Source: the human T2T-CHM13v2.0 reference genome, Homo sapiens. Taken from it: DNA of 64,000 nt. How positions within the stretch are numbered: position 1 is the first letter of the stretch; each line of letters begins with the position of its first letter. The translations under genes and the position numbers were made by a program. Under the pieces are notes generated by a model. The model was not told the DNA's origin. It did not search any database and saw nothing but the letters and a program-made list of their open reading frames with translations. Shown piece by piece: positions 56,075 to 64,000 of this stretch. Location of the stretch: the NCBI RefSeq assembly GCF_009914755.1, contig NC_060925.1; one strand, 5' to 3'.

Positions 56075-56979
56075 AAAGAATGGTCTTTTCTTGACCCTAG
56101 ATCTATAGGTGCAGATACAGTTTAGAACTTCGGATATCTGTTGTATTACAAGTTTTAATTTTACTCCCCAAGTATAGATATAACAGCTAAACTATTATTT
56201 TTAAATATTTTCACTTGTTCTTACAGGTTAAATATTTAAATTATTTGGGCCATTTTCCCCAAATTTTACTCTTATTTTAGCATATTCTATATTTGCTTAA
56301 TTTTTAATTTAAGTAATTGTTTTTATTAAGTTAATGTCAACAATAAAAATTGGTTTCGAGTTGGTATAGTGATAGAATTCAGAAGTCTTAACAAAACTGA
56401 AAGTTGTCACACATTTCAGGAGGTAAAGTATAAAGCTTAGTTTTTAATTTGTCCTTTCCTTGCCAACACTTTATAGAATCAATAGAAAATACATTAGCAG
56501 AACTAGGCCAGTATCATACACAGTGCACTTTCCTCACCACCCTCAGCTCCTTGTAACTTCTTGCTCCACTGAATTTCTGAGAACCTTTTTGTCTCTAATA
56601 CTCACTTGGTACTTTTTACGGATATATTCCATTCTTTTCTCTCTGTGGAAGCTTTTTGTTTTTTATCTATATATAATCAATTTAAGATGCATATTTTTCC
56701 ACATTTTAACAGCTCTGAAATGGGGATGCATCTTATAATCTAAACTATCTTTGATTTGATAATGTACAGTACTTTGTATCACTCCCCCAAACAGCCTAGT
56801 ATAATTCCTAACACACAGTAAGCACTGAAAAAATGTTTGTTTATTGATTGATTATATGTAAATTAAGAAGAGGTCATATAATTCGAATTATTACTTAAAT
56901 ACAAATGTTAACCTGACCTCTAGCACATCCTCGAACTCTTAACGTTCATAAGTTTTTAATTCAATAAAATGTGAGATCA

Positions 56980-57416
<437 letters not shown>

Positions 57417-58061
57417 TTACACACACAAAAAAATTTCTGCAACACAGGAAGAAAAATCTATTAGAAGAGAGAGTATATGATTTACCTGAGTTCTACAACT
57501 AGTAAATGTCTTGGCTTCTTGCTTATAGTACTCGTTCTTTTTACTAGACTCTCTTGTTCCATGGAAAGGCAGATATACAAAATGCATTCTTAAATGCAAC
57601 CCGTTTTTGCAGAGTGCTTTTTAAAAGTGATTGCCATGAAGTGAAATTCTAACTGCATATGTGCTGCTGCATTCATTTCTTTCTAGTCTTCAAAAGAAAG
57701 GAATGGAAAAGATACAACAGAGCTGAAGTATAATTGCTTATTAGGTGTCGTTCAATGAGGGAGGCAGTAAAAAGTGAAACTAGTATTATTGCATAGTAAA
57801 GAGCACCTTATTTAGCTCTTGGGAAAGATTGAAGGATATTTACTGCAAAAATGCAATTTTCTCCGACTTCAAAGGAATCATCACAAGAGTCAACCCATTT
57901 TCCAACTTAGAACCTTTAAGTCATTCCCATGATGTGTTTCTATTCCTTTGTCTCACGTGGCTCCTCTGCAATTCCTCTTTCGTGCCACTCCATTGCTTAG
58001 CTTCTATTCGACTTTTGGAGGAACTTTCACTGCTACATATTGATTTCTGGGCTCTCCTTAG

Positions 58062-58573
<512 letters not shown>

Positions 58574-58639
58574 TAAGTGACACCACTTACTTAAAAGTGG
58601 CTAGTGGAATACCTGCTTCCTTTCATAGTTGGCTCTTCA

Positions 58640-58963
<324 letters not shown>

Positions 58964-59084
58964 TCAGTTTAGTACATCCCTTCAACGTGAACTCACTTTA
59001 ATTCTTTGCCATGCTCTTGTATTAAATGCTATTGCCCGTAATTTACTCAAATTTTCCAAATTCATGTAATCTTCTTGCAGGCCG

Positions 59085-59200
59085 GCCGTGTAACTTATCT
59101 GGACACTTTGAGAGTGTAAAGGGGCAGGCACCATCAATTATTATGTTAAGACAACAGGTGTTAATTGGGACTGTCTTAGGCAAATTAGAATGTAGCCTAT
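59085..59200. mobile_element. MER81-like hAT-Blackjack element
   Basis: GGACACTTTGAGAGTGTAAAGGGGC..ACAACAGGTGTTAATTGGGACTGTC..GGCAAA. Confidence 0.6.
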
Positions 59201-59479
59201 CAGCCCTCTCCTGGCTGTAGCAGACTCTGCTTTCTACCTTGGAATTACTTTCATGGTGCCCTTTTCAGGACCCCATTTCTTTTCTAACCTCTTCGCTGAG
59301 TATAAATTTTCCCCTTTGTCACCGCCACTATCAGTACCTATGCTTGGAACTGCATATGTTTGCTTTCTAAACCACCCAGTCTCCTTCACCGACTTCTCCA
59401 TTTCCGTCAAAGACTAGAGCACACTTCAGAGTTTATCTCTGATTTTCCGTATTCCTTCAAGTCTCATATCCGGTCAGTT

Positions 59480-62370
<2,891 letters not shown>

Positions 62371-63100
62371 ATACAAGCAAATAACATGACTCTGAAATCT
62401 GCACACTTCCCTCTTTTCCTCCGGAAGCATTCTATTGTCTAGAGAAGCTTGGGGATGACAGTGAAGGTGAGCAAGATTCAGAGTACTTTTAGGAAGAGGA
62501 AGAAGGATGTTTCCAAATCAAACAATAAGGATACTAAAATCTTGCTCCAAATGGAAATCAGCATGGAATAGCCGCTGTGTTGGATAAGGTGAAAGCAAAA
62601 TGGCTGGCTATCTGTTCTATACAGGTCTGTTCTGATCTATGCTTTAAAAAAAATCCTTTTCAATTTCTAGAAGTTTCAAGTCACAAACTTGCACTTTGAG
62701 GGGACAACATGGAACTCTCACCTATTGAACCCTTACTATTTGCCAATAACTGTGGTGAGTACCTTTCATTTAATCCTCATATCAACTTCATTAAGTTAAC
62801 ATTGTCTCCGTTTTAAGCTTGTGGAAACAGAGCTTCAGAGAAGGTAAATGTGACAAGGTCATTCAACCAATAAGTGGTTGAAATAGGATTCAAACCCAGC
62901 TCTGCCTTCAGTTGCTCTTAACTATGATGCTATATTTCCATGAAATTTTAATAACTCTCATCACTACAAATACTCTTTATGACACAACTCTTGCATAAAT
63001 TGTTCCCTGACATACCATGGGCATTATTCTTGTAATATTTTCCACTCTTCAATATTCAACTTTTATATCTTTTAATGTCCTACTTAAATCTTATCTTTGT

Positions 63101-63385
63101 AAACTATCACAAGAACAAAAAACCAAACACCGCATATTCTCACTCATAGGTGGGAATTGAACAATGAAAACACATGGACACAGGAAGGGGAACATCACAC
63201 TCTGGGGACTGTTGTGGGGTGGGGGGAGGGGGGAGGGATAGCACTGGGAGATATACCTAATGCTAGATGACGAGTTAGTGGGTGCAGCGCACCAGTATGT
63301 CACATGTATACATATGTAACTAACCTGCACATTGTGCACATGTACCCTAAAACTTAAAGTATAATAATAATAATAATAATAATAA
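63101..63385 (+). mobile_element. L1PA2/PA3-like 3' end
   Basis: L1 3'UTR GATGACGAGTTAGTGGG..AAACTTAAAGTAT with (AAT)n tail; TSD AAATCTTATCTTTGT at 63086-63100 and 63386-63400. Confidence 0.92.
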
Positions 63386-64000
63386 AAATCTTATCTTTGT
63401 CCAAAACACTTAAGGACATCTCAAACCATGATGGTTTCTCTGGCTTTTGAAAACCTGCAACAATTTGCCTGTATTACCCATTTGATATATTTTATCTACA
63501 TTATAAAATTGAATTTGGGTTTATTTAACCTTTCTTTTGATTATGAGTTAATGCTACAATTCTACAAGCTTCTTAGGGGATAGGAAGTGCATTTTGTGCC
63601 TTTTTGGGGGGATGGGGTGGGCATCTTTTACAGCTTCTTCCTACTGCCTTGATTCATACATAGTATGTAGTCAGTAAATATTTGTTGCTAGATTGCCAGA
63701 CGGTCAATCTTGGCATTGATATTGGCTGACTGTCTTTGGGAGCTACCTGCAACTACTTCAGAAAGTTTCTTGTTGGAGTCAATATGAAAAATGGAGGATT
63801 TATTATTTCTACTGTGAATTTATTTTTTCTTTTTGGGTGATAAAACTGGAAATCTCAAAAAGTCTCCTGGTTTATGTGTTGGGCATAGATGAGGGAGATT
63901 CCTTTTGAAAGTGAGTGTAGAAAAGCAGACTTTTTATTTTGTGAAGGTTTTTTGAAGCTTACAAGTCCTTATATATATATTTTAAAAGTCCAGATTGCTC

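Overview
Primate, very likely human, genomic DNA with no prokaryotic features. The left third holds the 5' end of ERI3 (PRNPIP, a DEDDh 3'-5' exoribonuclease) on the minus strand. Its CpG-island promoter and exon 1 lie at ~19.7-20.4 kb. Coding exons 1 (19811-19945), 2 (17769-17844) and 3 (3931-4208) splice in frame at GT-AG sites and reach the ExoI motif (LDFEATC); the rest of the gene lies left of the window. The right two-thirds is intergenic and repeat-rich: ~35 Alu/FLAM copies, MIR, L2, CR1/L3, old L1, four very short L1PA 3' ends with TSDs, MaLR/ERVL LTRs, a HERV16-like pol remnant plus LTR16 carrying a nested MER20 and Alu pair, and a U6 processed pseudogene. From recalled gene order RNF220 should start just past the right end, but it is not visible here. 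Nearly all other ORFs in the track are Alu-derived or chance. The most unusual direct observation is a perfect, non-repeat 33-bp direct repeat that brackets the ERI3 promoter and exon 1. Other leads: alternative ERI3 5' splice or initiation sites (one would expose a mitochondrial-presequence-like N-terminus), a young GCG/A-type L1 insertion, a well-preserved CR1 fossil, and a near-consensus CTCF site beside a homeobox-motif cluster. I found no evidence of a new multi-gene system. Repeat subfamily calls come from recalled consensus sequences and repeat boundaries are approximate.
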